Below, one piece after another: positions 40,601 through 53,778 of a stretch of DNA of 64,000 nt; position 1 is the first letter of the stretch, and each line of letters begins with the position of its first letter. The notes under the pieces are model-generated. The model was not told where the DNA came from. It was given only the letters and a program-made list of their open reading frames with translations, and ran no database searches. This stretch comes from Malacoraja senta (lineage: Eukaryota), in assembly GCA_038087875.1 (NCBI GenBank), contig CM075990.1:4218001-4282000 (forward strand), written 5' to 3'. A program made the translations under genes and the position numbers.

Positions 40601-40902
40601 CATTCCTTCCTTCCAGCCTGTCCCACTGAGTTACTCCAGCATTGTGTGTCTACCTTCGATTTAAACCTTAAACCAGCATCTGCAGTTCTTTCTTACACCT
40701 ATTTTTAAGGCTGATGCTTTCCTGACTTGGGACTCCAGAATCAAATGAGGAGCTCAGGACTGAGATGAGGAGACCTTTCTTCAGCCAAAGGAAGGTGAAT
40801 CTTTGAAGTTGTCCACTTAAAAATGATGCCGTACCGGCGATTCTGTATACTGTCTCAGTACACTACTGCTGTATGCTGGTACCGTATCTGAGATGCTTAT
40901 CT

Positions 40903-41408
40903 AAGACAATAGACAATAGGTGCAGGAGTAGGCCATTCGGCCCTTCGAGCCAGCACCGCCATTCAATGTGATCATAGCTGATCATCCCCAATCAGTACCC
41001 CATTCCTGCCTTCTCCCCATATCCCCTGACTCCGCTATTTTTAAGAGCCCTATCTAACTTGAAATTATCCAGAGAACCTGCCTCCACCGCCCTCTGAGGC
41101 AGAGAATTCCACAGACTCACCACTCTCTGTGTGAAAAAATGTTTCCTCATCTCCGTTCTAAATGGCTTACCCCTTATTCTTAAACTGTGGCCCCTGGTTC
41201 TGGACTCCCCCAACATCGGGAACATGTTTCCTGCCTCTAGCGTGTCCAAACCCTTAATAATCTTATATGTTTCAATAAGATCCCCTGTGATCCTTCTAAA
41301 CTCCAGAGTATACAAGCCCAGCCGCTCCATTCTCTCAGCATATGACAGTCCCGCCATCCCGGGAATTAACCTTGTAAACCTACGCTGCACTCCCTCAATA
41401 GCAAGAAT
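40903..41408 (-). mobile_element. CR1 LINE 3' fragment
   Basis: ILAIEGVQRRFTRLIPGMAGL...YGEKAG. Confidence 0.9.
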
Positions 41409-43364
41409 ATTATGCTTGTGTATAGTGCTGATATACAGTGATACTTGTACTGCAATGGAAACAAAAATGAATTTTACTGCGTAAAACCTCGGTACATGTG
41501 GCAGATAAAGCACCAAAACATATATTCAGAACCAAAATTGGTAGATTTTTGGATGTTTGTGAAATCGAGCGATACAGGGCCAGTACAGGAAAGTGGGGCT
41601 GAGGTAAAAGATTATGATCGTATTGAACGGTGGAGAAGGCTCGATGGGCTGAATGGCCTATTCCTGCTGCTTATATTCCAGAGTTCCAAACATCAACCAC
41701 TGTGTAAAATAAAACCTGCCCTTGAAAATTTCCTTCAAAACTCCTTACTCTCCCCTACCCTACCCACTGCCACAAAATAAGATTTTGACTATTTACCCAC
41801 TCAGGATAGTGGAATGAGCTGGTATAGGAAGCTAGAGAAACGGATGCAATTATGACTTTTAAAAGACATTTGGACAGATGTATGGGAGGGTTTGGAGGGA
41901 GATGGGAGTGGATGCGAATGTGGGACAACGTTGAACTCGTGCGATGATAAGACACTAAGTGCTGGAGTAACTCAACGGGTCGGGCAGCATCTCTGGAGAA
42001 CATGGAGAGGTGACATTTTGGATCGGGCCCTTTCTTCAGACTAACTGTTCACTAGCTTGAACGGGTGATCGATGTTAGAGACATAGAATCATAGAATGAT
42101 GCAGCGTGGAAACAGGCCCTTCAGCCCAACTTGCCCATACCGGCCAACGCGTCCCATCTACATTAGTCCCACCTGCCTGCGCTGGGCCCATATCCCTCCA
42201 AACCTGCCCTATCCATGTGGCTGTGGACTCGGTGGGCCGAAGGACCTGTTTCAGTGCTGGATTTCTAAACTAAACTAATCCTAACCGTGGAACCTCCTGA
42301 GGTGGATTCTTGGGATGGCTTCCCGTGATAGAGCGTGCTTGGGTCAGTCAGCGTGGAGGCTGTATTCTGATCTCCCTTGCGGATCTCTGCAGCGTTTTGG
42401 TCCGCATCGCTCCAGGCCTGGCCGATGGCCAGCAGAGGCCGGTGTCCATCAGGCAGGGCGGCTCCGACATGCGGCAACAGCTGCTTCACCCACTCGCATG
42501 GTCCGAGAACACACTGGCCGAGTCAGCAATATATTACTCGTTCAATGAGACAGCCGGCTCGGCTTACTTCATGAAACCCACTGGCAGTGATGGACGAGCA
42601 TCTCAGCAATGCGCTGGACCCACTTGCTGCTATTATACGTCTGATTATTTTGGCTTATGTGATGTAGAAGTGGGCTCTAGAGAGTGTTTAGAGTGTAAAG
42701 ACACAACATGTTAACAGGCCTGTTGGACCACCAAGGCCACACTGACCATCGATCACACTGCTATCTCACTTTCCCATCCACTCCCCACACACCCAGGGGG
42801 TACGTGGGCCATTCGTGGGTCCATGCAGCGGGCAGTCGACGGCTGCACAGCGATCGGCTGCCTGCCCCTTTTCCGGGGTTACGTCCATGCACGCGGTGTC
42901 CACGGGGACTCTGGAGGCCTTCCATGAACGCTGGTCACCGCGGGAGGTCGAATGTATTGTTGATAAAAATGTTAATATTTTCATTTGATAACTTTGTTTG
43001 TAAGATGCCAATATAGGCATTCTCTGATCGTGTTACTACTTTGGATTTTTGTTTGTTCTGAAATATAGCATTTTGTGTGGAGGGAAAAAAAAAGGGGATA
43101 CGTGGGTTTGCTCCGGGTGCCCTGGCTTCCTTCCACTTCCCAAAGACGTACGTACGGGTTTGCAGGTTGATTGGCCGCTGTAAATTGCCTCTGGCGCCTG
43201 TGGCGTGAATGGGAAAGCGGGATAACATAGAACTAGTGTTTGCACACAAAGGCGTTGGCTTTCATTACCTTTCAGGGAGAAACAAGGAACTGCAGATGCC
43301 GGTTTACACAAAAGGACACAAAGTGCTGGAGTAACTCAGTGGGTCAGGCAGCATCTCTGGAGTA

Positions 43365-43857
43365 CCCACATCACCCCGATCCTGGCCTCTCTCCACTGGC
43401 TCCCTGTGCGGTTCTGAATACATTTCAAGATCCTCCTCTATGTCTACAAAGCCCTCAATGGGCTTGCCCTCACCTACAGCAAAAGCCTTCTCACCCACCA
43501 CTCCACCTCCAGGCCCCTCAGATCGGCCGACTTGGGGTTACTGAACATCCCGGGGTCTAGGCATAAGCTCAGGGGCGACCGCGCCTTTGCGGTTGCAGCT
43601 CCTAGACTGTGGAACAGCATCCCCCTTCCTATCAGAACTGCCCCCTCCATCAACTCTTTTAAGTCAAGACTTAAAACTCATCTGTACTCCCAAGCATTTC
43701 TTGACGTCCTCTGAGCGAGGGCTATATGTATGTAGTGATGTTTGTATTTAATCTATAAACCACTGTTGTTTGTTATACTATTCTTATACCAATGTAAAGC
43801 ACTTTGGCCAACGAGAGTTGCTTTGTAAATGTGCTATAGAAATATAAGTGACTTGAC
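43365..43857 (+). mobile_element. L2-like LINE 3' end
   Basis: HITPILASLHWLPV...GDRAFAVAAPRLWNSIPLPIRTAPSINSFKSRLKTHL, a typical L2 C-terminus. Confidence 0.85.
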
Positions 43858-44006
43858 CGTCACCGATCCACGTTCTCCAGAGATGCCGCCTGACCCGCTG
43901 GGTTACTCCAGATGTCCATTCAGGTGTTGGTTGGTTTGCCGATTTGCTTCTTTCGTTGTTTTGCTGCCTGGTTTGCAATGTTGACCCGCGTTTCCTCTCT
44001 TTCCAG

Positions 44007-44158
44007 ATAAGTCCAGGCAGCAAGGCCGCCCTGGCCAACATCAACCAAGGAGATACCATCGTGGCCATTGATGGGGTCAGCACTGAGGGCATGACCCACC
44101 TGGATTGCCAGAACAAGATCAAGTCAGCCATCTACACCATGAACCTGAGCCTCCAGAA
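44007..44158 (+). CDS. LDB3: LDB3 coding exon 2 (PDZ domain, C-terminal part)
   Basis: Acceptor tttcctctctttccag|ATA and donor CAGAA|gtaggt; 152 nt, phase 0 to 2. Translates [51 protein letters not shown], the ALP/Enigma-family PDZ. Confidence 0.96.
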
Positions 44159-47100
44159 GTAGGTGCCCACTTGTTACTGTGTAGTAACTGGGTGGGGAAC
44201 CAAGTTACTGTTCACAAGTTCATATTGCATTTTTCGTTTGGTTTTTATCTTTATTCGGCCCACCGAGTCCGCACCGATCAGCGATCCCCACACATTAACA
44301 CTATCCTACAATGTTTTTCTTTACAATTATACCAAGCCAATTAATCCGACAAACTTGTACGTCTTTGGAGTGTGGGAGGAAACCGAAGTTCTCAGAGAAA
44401 ACCCACGCAGGTCACGGGGAGCACGTGCAAACTCCGTACAGACAGCGCCCGTAGCCAGGATCGAACCTGGGTCTCTGGCGCTTTCAGTACTGTAAGGCAA
44501 TAACTCTACCCCTGCACCACCGTGCCAACCAAGGACAATGGAGCAGAATAAGGCCATTTGGCCCATTGAGTCTGCTCTGCCATTCGATCATAGGCGATCT
44601 ATTTTTCTCTCTCAACCCCATTCTCCTGCCTTTTTCCCCGCAACCTTTGACGCCCGTACTAATCGAGAATTTGCCAATCGCGCTTTAAAACCACCCACTA
44701 ACTTGGTCTCCACGACCATCTGTGGCAATGAATTACACAAACTCACCAGCATCCTCTAAATCTTCTTTGCACGTCTTCCAGCTTAATGGCACCTTTCCTG
44801 TTGGGGGCGGGTGATCAAAACTGAACACAATAGTCCAAATGTGGCCTCACCAGCATCTTGTACGACTGGGACATAACGTGCCAACCTCTTTACTCAACGC
44901 CGCAACTGATGAAGACCAACGTGCCAAAAGCTGCCCTCCCCACCCTGTCTCCAGGCTACTCCATATTCAGAGAACTAGCTACTTGCATTCCAAGACCCCT
45001 CTGACCACAACATTCCCCAGGGACTGACCATTAACTGTGAAGGTCCTTCCCTGGTCTGCCTTCCCAAAGTGTAACCCCTTGCACGCATCTGACTTAAACT
45101 CCATTTGCCGTTCCTCAGCCCACTGGTCATGCCCCCTCTGGGTGTCTGCTGCTGCCCGCCTCCCTCAAGTAAATATAATGAAGCATAGTGGAAAATTACA
45201 AGCTACCCACCAGGAGTTAAATAGCCTTTTAGAAAAGTGAGATATTTACAGTTGCTTTGCTCTGCAGCCATGGAACAAATTAGCTTGTGCATCTTTAATC
45301 TTTACCGATGAAGTAATTGGATCACGAGCATCTCGTGGAATCTGGCTGTCTTTGCCAGAACATTGATTTACCTACCCATTCCTTCTCTCCAGAGATGCTG
45401 TCTGACCCGCTGAGTTACTCCAGTATTTTGTGTCTATAACATAGTCAGGATGATTGATTTATTTAGTTTAGTTCAGAGATTCGGCCCACTGAGTCTAAAC
45501 CAACCAGCCATCACCCATACATCCTACACACTAGGGGCAGAAGCCAATTCATCTTCACGCCTGCACGTCTTTGGAAGTTGGGTGGAAACCGGAGCACCCG
45601 GAAAAACCCCCACGGGGTCACGGGGAGAACATACAAACTCCGTACAGACAGCACCCGTAGTCAGGATCGAACCCGGGTCTCTAACGCTGTAAGGCAGTAA
45701 CTCTATCGTTGCGTCACCGTGAGCATAGCAATAAACCCGAAACATCATCTATCGAGTCTGATGAAGGGTCTCGACCCAAAACGTCACCTATCTCCAGAGA
45801 TGCTCTCTGACCCGTGGAAACAAGCCCTTCGGCCCACCGAGTCCCCTCCGACCAACTCCCCCTCCACCTGGACACTAGTCCTATGTTATCCCAGTTTCAC
45901 ACCCCTTGGGGCAATCTACCCATTATGGCAATGTTCAGATGGCCAATTAACCTACAAACCTGTACGTTTTTGGAGTGTGGTAGGAAACCGGAGCACCCGG
46001 AGAAAACCCATGTGGCCACAGGGAGAAAGTGCGTACAGACAGCACAGGATCGAACCCGGGACTCTGGCGCTTTAAGTGCTGTAAGGCAATAACTCTACCC
46101 CTGCACCACCGTGCCACCCAAGGACATCGGTACAGAATAAGGTCGTTTGGCCCATTGAGTCTGCGCTGCCATTCAATCATAGGCGATCTATTTTTCTCTC
46201 TCAACCCCATTCTCCTGCCTTCTCCCCGTAACCTTTGACGCCCGTACTAATCGAGAATTTGCCAATCGCCGCTTTAAAACTACCCACTGATTTGGCCTCC
46301 ATGACCATCTGTGGCAATGAATTACGTAGACTCACCACCATCCTCTAAATCTTCTTTGCACGTCTTCCAGCTTAATGGCACCTTTCCTGTAGGCGGGTGA
46401 TCAAAACTGAACACAATAGTCCAAATGTTGCCTCACCAGCATCTTGTACGACTGGGACGTAACGTGCCAACCTCTTTACTCAACGCCGCAACTGATGAAG
46501 ACCAACGTGCCAAAAGCTGCCCTCCCCACCCTGTCTCCAGGCTAACTCCATATTCAGAGAACTAGCTACTTGCATTCAGAGACCCCTCTGACCATAACAT
46601 TCCCCAGGGACTGACCATTAACTGTGAAGGTCCTTCCCTGGTCTGCCTTCCCAAAGTGTAACTCCTTGCATGCATCTGACAAGCTCCATTATGGCAATGT
46701 TCAGATGGCCAATTAACCTACAAACCTGTACGTTTTTGGAGTGTGGGAGGAAACCGGAGCGCCCGGAGAAAACCCACGTGGCCACAGGGAGAAAGTGCGT
46801 ACAGACAGCACCCGTACTATGAACTGTCAGCTTTACTACAGATTTTGACCACTTGAAATCTTGCGCACTCTCTAATTCCTTATTGGCATAATTAGAATAA
46901 TAATCACCAATATCAATATGTTCTTAAAACCACTAATATCCAATAAAAACAACATGCTATTCAATCCTCTATTTGCATTTAATCTTAGGAAGGATAATTC
47001 TCTAGGTCCTTATGCTGCACCTTTATAGCAGGCTGCGGGTCAAAGGTTATAGCTGTACAGCGGTCATTAGCTGCACATTATTTTAACTTTTATTAAAAGA

Positions 47101-48016
47101 TTTTGGAGTATTTTTAAGGCACAGATTGACAGATTCTTGATTAGTACAGGTGTCAGGCGTTATGGGGAGCAGGCAGGTGAATGGGGTTAGGAGGGAGAGA
47201 TAGATTGAATGATTGAATGGAGGGGTAGACTCGATGGGCCGAATGGTCTAATGTTGCTCACCTCTGCAAGGCTGTGCGTCCACCGCAGTGACGCACCGGG
47301 ACGTTTCCACTCGTGGGAGAGTCTAGGACTAGAGGTCACAGACTCTGAATTAAAGGGCCTTCTTTTAGAAAGGGGATGAGGAGGAATTTCTTTAGTCAGA
47401 GGGTGGTGAATCTGTGGAATTCTTTGTCACAGACGGCTGTGGAGGACAAGTGAATGGATATTTTTAAGGCGGAGATAGATAGATTCTTGATGAGTACGCG
47501 AGACAGGGGTTATGGGGAGAAGGCAGCAGAATGGGGTTAAGAGGGAGAGATAGATCAGCCATGATTGAATGGTGGGGTAGACTTGATGGGCCGAATGGTC
47601 CAAGTCTGCTCCTACAACCGATGAACTTATGAACATTTGACTCCCCCGCTGGGACTCACAACTGTCTGCGCGTGAGGCTGATGTAATTCGGCCAATTGAG
47701 GATGAAATGCGGCAGAGCAGTGATTTGTTGCTTTAACATTTCGGGGAAGATTATGAACTCTGACTGTTGCGATTGTGAACTTCACATCGGAGTCTGCTCA
47801 TATCACCGCTTCATGTCCAATAAACTCTCCGTTGGGCTTTGAAGCTGATCCTCTCTTTGATGCCGTGTGGCTTTGTCTGCTCGCTGGCTTGGAGCCTGAT
47901 TGTATAAACCGGGTCACTGGACGTTGGTGAGGCCACATTTAGAGTATTATTCAGTTCAGTTTCTGATCACCCTGCTATATGACAGATGCTCTTCGACAGT
48001 TTTCAAGAGAGAGTAA

Positions 48017-48313
48017 AGGCCCTGTCCCACGATGAGAGTTTACCCAAGAGCTCTCCCGAGTTTAAAAAAAAATCAAACTCGTGGTAAGTACGTAGAATGT
48101 ACGTAGCGGGTACGTCAAAGCTCGTGGATGTCTCGTAGCGGCTCGTAATGCTAACGGCAGGTACTCGGGAAACGCGGGAACTCGTGAAGTTTTTTCAACA
48201 GTGTGAAAAAATTCCAAGAGTAAAAAAATACTCGTGATGAAGTACCACGAGTTTTTTTTTTTTTTTTTACTCGGGAGAGCTCTTGGGTGAACTCACATCA
48301 TGGGACAGGGGCT
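48017..48313. mobile_element. MITE, PIF/Harbinger-like, inserted in a CR1 3' end
   Basis: TIR AGGCCCTGTCCCACGATG...; flanks TAA/TTA; CR1 sequence resumes on both sides. Confidence 0.85.
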
Positions 48314-49445
48314 TTAGATTTTGCTCTGAGGGCTAAAGGAATCAAGGGATATGGGGATAAAGCAGGGACTGCAGGAACGGGGTACTGATTTTAGATGATC
48401 AGCCATGATCATATTGAATGGCGGTGCTGGTTCGAAGGGCTGAATGGCCTACTCCTGCACCTATTTTTCTATGTTTCTATGACACAAATCATCAGTAATA
48501 ATTTTGTACAACCTAATTCAAATGCTTATTGGTAAGCAGGAATTACCATATACAGAAAGCACAAAATGCTGGAGTAACTCAGCGGGTCAGACAGCATCTC
48601 TGGAGAAAAGGAATGGGTGGCGTTTGAGGTTGAGACCCTTCTCCAGACTCTCGACCCGAAACGTCACCTATTCCTTCTCTCCAGAGATGCTGCCTGTCCC
48701 GCTGAGTTACTCCAGCTTTTTGTGTCTATTTACAATGATGTGGCCAGGAATTGTGGGCCTGAGCTAAAGGGGGAGGTTGAGCAGGCTAGGATTCTATTCC
48801 TTGGAGCGCAGGAGGATGAGGGGTGATCTTATAGAGGTGTACAAATCATGAGAGGAATAGATCAGGTAAACGCACAGAGTCTTTTACTCAGAGTAGGGCA
48901 ATCAAGAACCAGAGGGCAGAGGTTTAAGGTGGGGGGAGATTTAATGGGAACCTAAGGGGTGACTTTTTTTACACAAAGTGGTGGATATATGGAATGAGCT
49001 GCTGGAGGAGGTAGTTGAGGCGGACACTATCACAACGTTTTAAAAAACATTTGGACGTGTACATGGATGGGATAGGTTTAGAGGGCTATGGGACAAATGC
49101 AGGCAGATGGGGCATGTTGGTCGGCATGGGCAAGTTGGGCCGAAGGGCCTGTTTCCATGCTGTCTCACTCTAGGACTCGGAACTGGCCACAGCTGTTGGA
49201 CTGCCACCTAGAGGATAGGATGGGGAATGGGGTCAGAGTCTCTGCCCTGCAGCGGGACCTTGATGTGGGAGAAATTGGTTGGAGTTACAGGGGAGGAGAC
49301 GGGAGGGGGTGAAGAGGTGTGTGGGGGGGGGGGGGGGGAGGACAAAGAGAAGGGGGGAGATTTGAGAGGGTTCGTTCGAGGTTGCTTACGGTAAAATTGG
49401 AGAATGGAACCACAGCTTGTACTTCATTCACTGTGACCCCACCAG

Positions 49446-49880
49446 TTGTGGGACTGACATATGATGAAAGAATGGGTCGACAGGGCTTGTATTCACTGGA
49501 ATTTAGAAGGATGAGAGGTTATCTTATAGAAACATATAAAATTCTTAAGGGATTGGACAGGCTAGATGCAGGAAAAATGCTCCCGATGTTGGGGGAGTCC
49601 AGAACCAGAGGTCACTGTTTAAGAATAAGGACATTTTGGATTGAGATGAGGAAACACATTTTCACCCAGAGAGTTGTGAATCTGTGGAATTCTCTGCCAC
49701 AGAAGGCTGTGTAGGCCAATTCACTGGATGTTTTCAAGAGAGAGTTAGGGCTAACAAAATCAAGGGATATGGGGAGAATGCAGGAATGGGGCACTGATTT
49801 TGGATGATCAGCCATGATCATATTGAATGGCTCGAAGGGCCGAATGGCCTACTCCCGCACCTATTTTGTATGTTTCTATG
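49446..49880 (+). mobile_element. CR1 LINE 3' fragment
   Basis: GLTYDERMGRQGLYSLEFRR... plus 3' UTR. Confidence 0.85.
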
Positions 49881-50363
49881 AGAGGAGCATGCGATAGGTC
49901 CTAGCCTTTCCCATTAAGGGAAGCGATCACGTTCCCAGCCGCTGCAGAGGATGATTTGGAGCAATGCTCTGCCTCCGTCCATAGTCTGGGAGAAACAGAG
50001 GCTTCTTCCAACCAGAGAAGAAGGACCTGTTTTAGACACAAAGTGCTGGAGTAACTCAGCAGGTCAGGCAGCATCTCTGGGGAACATGGATAGGTGAATT
50101 TTCGAGTCGGGACCTTTCTTCAGACTTGGGAGACCCCTTTGCCGAAGTGGTCCTCTGCTGACTGGTGTCCAAAGCCTATTCAATGACCTTGTAATTGGAG
50201 TTGAAAGTTTCTCTCACTGATGGTCAGGGGCTTCCATCTGAGCGCAGGTTGTAATGATGTAAACAGAGGCCTGGGGAGCAGGAGTAGGCCACTCAGCCCC
50301 TTGAGCTTTCTCCTCGGGTCTGGCAGCATCTGTGGACAACACGGTGGTGCAGCGGTAGAGTTG

Positions 50364-52146
50364 TCAAGTCAAGTGAGTTTATTGTCATGTGTCCCTGATA
50401 GGACAATGACATTCTTGCTTTGCTTCAGCACAACAGAACATAGTAGGCATTGAGTACAAGGCATTCTATAAATATATACACACATGAATCAATATACTGA
50501 TAAAGTGCAAATAACAGTATTGGCTAATAAAGTTCAGTGTTATGTCCGAGCCAGGTTTAATAGCCTGATGGCTGTGGGGAAGTAGCTATTCCTGAACCTG
50601 GTCGTTGCAGTCTTCAGGCTCCTGTACCTTCTACCTGAAGGTAGTGGGGAGATGAGTGTGTGGCCAGGATGGTGTGGGTCCTTGATGATGCTGCCAGCCT
50701 TTTTGAGGCAGCGACTGTGATAGATCCCCTCGATGGAAGGGAGGTCAGAGCCGGTGATGGACTGGGCAGTGTTTACTACTTTTTGTAGTCTTTTCCTCTC
50801 CAGGGCGCTCAAGTTGCCGAACCAAGCCACGATGCAACCGGTCAGCATGCTCTCTACTGTGTACCTGTAGAAGTTAGAGAGAGTCCTCCTTGACAAACCG
50901 ACTCTCCGTAATCTTCTCAGGAAGTAGAGGCGCTGATGTGCTTTCTTAATAATGGCATCAGTGTTTTCGGACCAGGAAAGATCTTCAGAGATGTGCACGC
51001 CCAGGAATTTGAAGCTCTTGACCCTTTCAACCATCGACCCATTGATATAAACGGGACTGTGGGTCCCCATCCTACTCCTTCCAAAGTCCACAATCAGTTC
51101 CTTGGTTTTGCTGGTGTTGAGGGCCAGGTTATTGTGCTGGCACCATATGGACAGTTGCTCAATCTCTCTTCTATACTCTGACTCATCCCCATCAGTGATA
51201 CGTCCCACAACAGTGGTGTCATCAGCGAATTTGATGATGGAGTTCGCACTATGTCCGGCTACGCAGTCATGAGTATAGAGTGAGTACAGCAGGGGGCTGA
51301 GCACGCAGCCTTGAGGTGCTCCCGTGCTAATTGTTATAGAGTCTGACACATTTCCACCAATACGAACAGACTGTGGTCTGAGAGTGAGGAAATCGAGGAT
51401 CCAATTGCAGAGGGATGCGCAGAGACCCAGTTCAGCGAGTTTGGTAACCAGCTTGGAGGGGATGATTGTATTAAATGCCGAGCTGTAATCGATGAATAAC
51501 AGCCTGACATATGAGTTTTTGTTGTCCAAGTGGTCCAGAGCGGAGTGGAGGGCCAGCGAGATCGCATCCACCGTTGATCTGTTGTGGCGGTAAGCGAACT
51601 GCAGTGGGTCCAGGTTTTTGTCGAGGTAGGAGTTGATCTGCGTCATGATCAACCTCTCAAAGCACTTCATCACCACAGGCGTTAGTGCCACAGGTCGATA
51701 GTCATTGAGGCACGTCACCTTACTCTTCTTGGGCACTGGTATAATTGATGCCCTTTTGAAGCAGGTGGGGACCTCAGACCTCAGAAGTGAGAGGTTGAAA
51801 ATGTCTGTAAAAACTCCAGCCAGTTGGTCCGCACAGGTTTTTAGAACGCGACCAGGTATACCATCAGGTCCAGGCGCTTTTCGAGGGTTCACCCCTCTGA
51901 AGGATTTCCTGACGTCGGCCTCTGTGACTGAGACTGAAATACCATCACAGCGAATGGGGGCTCGGCAAGGCACATCGGTGTTCTCCCTATCAAAGCGTGC
52001 GTAAAACGCATTGAGCTCATCAGGGAGTGATGTTTCGCCGACATTCGAGCTGCCTCCTGATTTCGCCTTGTAAGAGGTGATTGCATTCAGGCCCCGCCAC
52101 AGCCGCCGAACATCTGTCTCTTCCTCCAGTTTGGAGCAGAAGTCCT
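50364..52146 (-). mobile_element. Rex1/Babar-like LINE, 5'-truncated, with intact reverse transcriptase frame
   Basis: ORF 51973-50540 has RT motifs (KAPGPDGIP, YRPVALT, DYSSAFNTI, GAPQGCVLSP, KFADDT). The frame stays open up to the truncation near 52144. It has a (CTTGA)n-type tail and splits a SINE. Confidence 0.92.
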
Positions 52147-52570
52147 TAGAGCAGTTGCTGCCTTAGGGCGCCAGGTACCCGGGTTCGATCCTGACTACGG
52201 GCGCTGTCTCTATGGAGTTTGTACGTTCTCCCCATGACCTGCGTGGGTTTTCACCGGGATCTCCAGTTTCCTCCCACACTGCAAAGACCTGCAGGTTTGT
52301 AGGATAACTGGCTTGGTATAAATGTAAATTGTCCATAGTGTTAGAGTGCGGGGATCGCAGGTCGGCGCGGACTCGGTGGGCCGAAGGGCCTGTTTCCGTG
52401 CTGTATCTCTAACCTGGATAGGTGATGTTTCGGGTCGAGACCCTTCTTCAGGCATTTTGTGTCTATCTTCGATTTAAACCAGCATCTGCAATGCCTTCCT
52501 ACATAAGAAGGGCTTGTGTACGGTTTTAAGTGAAACATTCTGATGGGAAGTGAATGGATTTGTTTTGCAG

Positions 52571-52646
52571 ATCCAGGCGCCCGGGACCTGTTCCCACTGC
52601 TGCTCTGAGAATGGATTCTCCCATGCCAGTGATCCCACATCAGAAG
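52571..52646 (+). CDS. LDB3: LDB3 coding exon 3 (post-PDZ linker)
   Basis: tgttttgcag|ATCCAGG...CATCAGAAG|gtaaga; 76 nt, completes the split Lys codon of exon 2. Translates SRRPGPVPTAALRMDSPMPVIPHQK, matching the LDB3 PVIPHQK ending. Confidence 0.94.
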
Positions 52647-53056
52647 GTAAGACCAGTCCCACCTAATACAGATCCCATCACCTCTGCAGTTATCCAGCTC
52701 TCTGAGCGGGTTCCTGATCAACGTCTCGGTAACTACTGGTGGTCCGCTGATGTTCTCCAGCGCCGTACTGGCAATGTGACCAGGAAGCAAGTCCTTCACT
52801 TTCTGCAGCTAACGTGGACTCTTCCCGGACAAGGATCTCTGCGAGGGGACACTCCACTTCCCTTCGCTCGTCGTTGAGGCAGCACTTCCCAGTGGCCGGA
52901 AGAGTGCTGCTCCCATTAAACCTCCAGCTGCCAAGGTTGCAGCTGCTGATCTACTGCAACATCTGGCAGTAGATCAGAAAAGTGTTGAAACTCTCAGCGT
53001 TGCCTGGGGAAACCTGACCTGCTCTTCTGGAAACCTCACAGCTGAAGATCTCACAA

Positions 53057-53365
53057 GTTTAGTTTAGTTTAGAGATACAACGCGGAAACAGGCCCTTCGG
53101 CCCACCGAGTCTGCGACGACCAGCGATCCCCGCACATTAACACTATCTGATACACACTAGGGACAATTTACATTTATACCAAGCCAATTAACCTACAAAC
53201 CTGTATGTCTTTGGAGTGTGTGAGGAAACTGAAGATCTCGGAGAAAACCCACGCGGGTTACGGGGAGAACGTACAAACTCCATACAGACAGCACCCGTAG
53301 TCAGGATCGAACCCGGGTCTCGGGCGCTGTAAGGCAGCAACTCTACCGCTGCGCCACAGTGCCGC
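53057..53365 (-). mobile_element. V-SINE (HE1-like)
   Basis: Reverse-complement full-length copy with (TAAAC)n tail. Confidence 0.85.
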
Positions 53366-53778
53366 CCCAAAAGTTCATAAAATTCATAGGAGCACGATGA
53401 GGCCATTCGGCCCATCGGGTCTACTCCACCATTCAATCATGGATGATTTATTGCTCCCACTCAACCTCATCCCCCATAACCTTTGACACCCGTACTAATC
53501 AAGAACCTGTCAATCTCTGCTTAAAAAATACATAATGAATCCCAATTTTTATGGAACTTTTAGAAACTTAGTTTGGATGAGCGCAGACCTAGTTTAACAC
53601 CAGTAAAAGTAGCAAAGCAACTTCCAGGCTTACGGTTTCATGCCAAGGAACTCAGAACCTTCATGATGTTAAATCCACAATACACCATCCTTCTCTGCTC
53701 CTAATGATCGGGGTTTGTTTAAAAGTGAAACATCTTTCTCAACTATGTCGTCCAACCCTTTGGTTCTAACGCTTCTAA

